From Acidimicrobiia bacterium (GTDB lineage: Bacteria > Actinomycetota > Acidimicrobiia > Spongiisociales > JAENVV01): DNA of 64,000 bases. Position 1 is the stretch's first letter. The number at the start of each line of letters is the position of its first letter. The notes under the pieces are model-generated. The model saw only the letters and a program-made list of their open reading frames with translations. It was not told where the DNA came from and ran no database searches. The stretch is from positions 18,142 through 82,141 of the forward strand of contig JBFKVA010000003.1 in assembly GCA_041635475.1 (NCBI GenBank). The letters run 5' to 3'. A program made the position numbers and the translations under genes. Of this stretch, positions 58,815 through 64,000 are shown one piece after another.

Positions 58815-60266
58815 CTAGTACACGGCTCGGTCGATGAGGTCCAGGAGAACCGTCGGGTAGACCCCGAGCCCGATTGTCACGACGAGCGACACCGCCAGTG
58901 ACACCTTGGCTCCCAGGCCAAGCGACACGGTGGGGCCGTCCCCGTCCTCGAAGTACATGAGGACGATGACCCTGAGGTAGAAGGCGAACGCGGCCACCGA
59001 GGCAACGAGGGCAACGAGTACGAGCCACTCCTGTCCCGCAGCCCACGCCGCGGTGAAGACGCCGAACTTGGCCACGAAGCCGGTGGTCACCGGCATCCCG
59101 GCCAACGCCAGCATGAGGACCGAAAGCGCCCCGGCGACGACCGGGGACGACTTCGAGAGACCGCGATATGCGTCGAGGGGCGACCCGGCCGAGGCCGGCC
59201 CCGACACCTGGCCCACGAGCCCGAAGGCGGCCACGAGGGCCACGGCGTACGTGAGGATGTAGAAGACGACACCCCGGGCTCCAATCCCGCCCGAGGACAC
59301 ACCGACCAGGAGGAAGCCGGCGTGGGCCACGCCCGAGTACGCGAGGATTCGTCGCAGGTCGGTCTGGACGATGGCGTAGATCGTGCCGAGCACGATGGAC
59401 ACCGCCGCGACACCCGCCAGGGGGGCCTGCCACGTGTCGGGCAGGTCGCGGAACGCCACCTGGACGAGCCGGGCGAGGGCGGCGATGGCACCGATCTTGG
59501 CGGCGGCCGCCATGTACCCGGTGATCCCGGCTGGAGCGCCCTGGTAGACGTCGGGGGCCCAGGCATGGAACGGGGCGGCCGCGATCTTGAACAGGAGGCC
59601 CACGAGGACGAGTGCCACCGCCAGCGGCACGATCGATGGCTTGAAGACGATCTGGGTGTTCAACGTCGACACGAAGCTGAACGCCCCGCCGTAGCCGAGG
59701 TGGCCGCTGGCGGTGTAGAAGAGGGCGACGCCGTAGAGGAGGATCGCCGAGGCGACCGACCCGAGCAGGAAGTACTTCATCGCCGCCTCGTCCGACTCGG
59801 TCGACTCGTTCGAGATCCCGGCCAGGATGTAGAGGCTGATCGACCCGACCTCGAGGCCGAGGAACAGCATGAGGAAGTGGAACGAGCCGACCATGAACAT
59901 GAACCCGGCGGCGCTCAGGAAGACGAGGGCGAGGGCTTCGGCCCCTTTCCGCCCCAGGCGACCGAAGAGGCCCCAGCCGAAACCCAGGCCCAGGGCAGTC
60001 ACGACGACGAGCGCTCCCTTGAAGACGACGCCCTGGTGGTCGAGGAGGATCATGTCGCCGTAGGCGAGCCGAATGCTGTTGACGTCGACGTCGCGCCACT
60101 GCGCGAAGAGGGCCCCCGACGCCCCGGCGACCGCCACCGCGGCGATCCAGCCGTGCACCCGCAGGGCCGGTTTCCACGTGACGTCGACCATGAGGACGGC
60201 AACGGCCCCGAGGACGAACACCAACTCGGGGAGGATCGCGATGAGGCTCACTGCCGTGTCAACCAT
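58815..60266 (-). CDS. nuoN: NADH-quinone oxidoreductase subunit N
   Basis: 14-TM antiporter-like subunit. Start ATG MVDTAV overlaps nuoM stop. Confidence 0.88.
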   Translation of the reverse strand: MVDTAVSLIAILPELVFVLGAVAVLMVDVTWKPALRVHGWIAAVAVAGASGALFAQWRDVDVNSIRLAYGDMILLDHQGVVFKGALVVVTALGLGFGWGLFGRLGRKGAEALALVFLSAAGFMFMVGSFHFLMLFLGLEVGSISLYILAGISNESTESDEAAMKYFLLGSVASAILLYGVALFYTASGHLGYGGAFSFVSTLNTQIVFKPSIVPLAVALVLVGLLFKIAAAPFHAWAPDVYQGAPAGITGYMAAAAKIGAIAALARLVQVAFRDLPDTWQAPLAGVAAVSIVLGTIYAIVQTDLRRILAYSGVAHAGFLLVGVSSGGIGARGVVFYILTYAVALVAAFGLVGQVSGPASAGSPLDAYRGLSKSSPVVAGALSVLMLALAGMPVTTGFVAKFGVFTAAWAAGQEWLVLVALVASVAAFAFYLRVIVLMYFEDGDGPTVSLGLGAKVSLAVSLVVTIGLGVYPTVLLDLIDRAVY

Positions 60267-61775
60267 CAGAACCCCCGGGGGGAACGACGTACGACGTCGA
60301 GATCTCCATGCGCTCGAGCAGGGCATCGGTCGTCGGGGTGATCTTGTCCAGCAGGATCCGCGGGTAGAGGCCGAGGACGAGGATGAGGATCGACAGGACC
60401 GACAGCACGGTGACCTCCACCCCTTTCAGGTCTTTCATGCCGGCGTTGTCCTCGGACGTCGGTTCTCCGGTGAACACCCTCTGGTAGGCCCACAGCAGGT
60501 AGATGGTCGCCAGGACGACGCCGGTGGCGGCCACGATGGCGTACACGGGCAGGGTCGCGTAGGACCCGACGAGGATGAGGAATTCGCCGACGAACCCATT
60601 GAGGCCCGGGAGCCCGATGGAGGCGAAGCTCATGAACAGGAAGAACCCGGCCATGAGGGGGGCGGCCTTGGCCAGGCCACCGAAGTCCGCGATCTTCTTC
60701 GTGTGCCGCCGCTCGTAGAGCATCCCGACGAGGAGGAACAGCGCGCCGGTGGACAGGCCGTGGTTGACACCCTGGATCACGGCACCCTCGAGGCCCTGGC
60801 GGGTGAGGGCGAACGTGCCGAGCACGATGAACCCGAGGTGGCTCACCGATGAGTACGCCACGAGCTTCTTGAGGTCGGGTTGGACGATGGCCACCGCCGC
60901 CCCGTAGATGACGCCGACCACGGCGAGCGCCGCCATCCACGGCACCGCATCGAGGGTCGCCTCCGGGAAGAGCGGCAGATTGAAGCGCAGGAAGCCGTAG
61001 GTCCCGAGCTTCAGAAGGACGCCGGCCAGGAGCACCGACCCCGCGGTCGGGGCCTGTACGTGGGCATCGGGAAGCCAGGTGTGGAAGGGGAACAGGGGCA
61101 CCTTGATGGCAAACGCGAGGGCGAACACCAGGAAAAGCCACCATTGGGAGCCGACGGCGACGCCGACCTCGGCGATCGCGACGTAGTCGAACGTCAGGGA
61201 CCCCGTCGCCCGCAGGTTCCCCAGCCCGAGGGCGATGATGCCGGCCAGCATGAGCGCCGAGCCGAAGGCCGTGTAGAGGAAGAACTTGACGGCCGCGTAG
61301 ATCCTGCTCTCCGAGCCCCAGATACCGATGATGAAGTACATGGGGACGAGGACGAGTTCGAAGAAGACGAAGAACACGATGAGGTCGAGGGCGAGGAACA
61401 CGCCGATCATCCCCGCCTCCAGCAGGAGCACCATGGCGACGAACAGCTTCGTGCGGTCGGTGATCGCTCCCGAGACCGCCAGTGAGACCGGCACCAGGAT
61501 GGTCGTGAGGACGATGAGGGGCAGCGAGATCCCGTCGACACCCAGGTGCCAGTTCACACCCCAGCCCGAGTAGATCTCGGTGAACTCGGCGAACTGGAAC
61601 CCGGCGGTCTTCTCAAACGCCACGAAGAGCCACCCGGCCAGTGCGACCGGGATCATGGAGAGCGCGATGCCGAGCGGCAGGTGGACCTCCGATCGCCTGG
61701 AGGGGACGAGCGCAACGACGACCGCTCCGAGGAGAGGAGCCACGATCAACGAGGTGAGGACCGGGAAGTCCACGG

Positions 61776-61779
<4 letters not shown>
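60259..61779 (-). CDS. nuoM: NADH-quinone oxidoreductase subunit M
   Basis: Canonical NuoM (GVDGISLPLIVLT, FFFVFFELVLVPMYFIIGIWG). 506 aa. Confidence 0.93.
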
Positions 61780-63682
<1,903 letters not shown>

Positions 63683-63686
<4 letters not shown>

Positions 63687-63988
63687 CCCCTCATCCCGCT
63701 GAGCTCGTCGACGTCGGCGGTGGCCCTCCGCCTGAACACCGCCATGACGATCGCCAGTCCCACGACCACCTCGGCGGCGGCCACGACGAGCACGAAGAAC
63801 ACGCTGACCTGGCCCTGGAGGTTGCCCACGAGGCTGCCGCCGGCCACGAACGTGAGGTTCACGGCGTTGAGCATGAGCTCGATGGACATGAACATGATGA
63901 GGGCGTTGCGGCGGGTCAGCACGCCGGCGAGACCGATCACGAAAAGGAGCGCGGCCAGGGTCAGGTACCACTCGGGCGTGGGCGTCAT
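63683..63988 (-). CDS. nuoK: NADH-quinone oxidoreductase subunit K
   Basis: 101-aa 3-TM NuoK. GGAGGTG RBS upstream at window end. Confidence 0.9.
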
Positions 63989-64000
63989 CGCTCACCTCCC

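Noticed and set aside
63687-63995. 103-codon N-terminal extension of nuoL
   Set aside because: Arg/His-rich nonsense overlapping nuoK in another frame. GTG 63686 gives a normal 636-aa NuoL coupled to the nuoK stop.

Overview
This window is high-GC (about 70%), densely packed, largely minus-strand chromosomal DNA from an actinobacterium-like organism. Most of it is core metabolism. The more unusual content is listed below.

Core metabolism found:
- hflX, ppgK, serB (with ACT domains) and gnd.
- pepN and an LLM oxidoreductase.
- A CaCA antiporter, a DAHP-synthase/chorismate-mutase fusion and lgt.
- A penicillin-acylase-family hydrolase.
- A Bacillus-style caa3 cytochrome oxidase block (ctaB / lipoprotein-ctaC-ctaD-ctaE-ctaF-ctaG-lipoprotein).
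- tdh-kbl, dapC-dapD ... dapE and tupABC.
- gcvT-gcvP behind a tandem glycine riboswitch.
- moaA and nuoK-L-M-N.

More unusual content:
1. A selenium trait. There is a 95-nt tRNA-Sec (selC, anticodon UCA) at 267..361. There is also a selD gene that is itself a selenoprotein. An in-frame TGA at 33977..33979 aligns with the catalytic Cys/Sec of SelD, and the true start is at 34021. selD is translationally coupled (ATGA overlap) to an NDH-2-type flavoprotein.
2. An aerobic benzoyl-CoA epoxidase (box) module, boxB-boxC, without a recognisable boxA. It is flanked by a saccharopine-dehydrogenase-family protein, the NDH-2-like flavoprotein, an alpha/beta hydrolase and an ABC-2 exporter.
3. A CsoR-family repressor whose ligand pattern (C...C, no Cu-ligand His) looks CstR-like (persulfide sensing). 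It is divergent from rhodanese-TauE, with a CsoR-type pseudo-palindromic operator over the rhodanese start codon.
4. A MerB-like organomercurial lyase and a secreted bactofilin-like multi-TM protein appended to the nuo operon.
5. An uncharacterised RHH-DUF4097-membrane-secreted operon whose divergent promoter region carries three GATGTCAT(A/C) direct repeats and a 15-bp palindrome.

No CRISPR, integrase, transposase or phage genes are evident. The many long antisense ORFs in the six-frame track are GC-driven artefacts.
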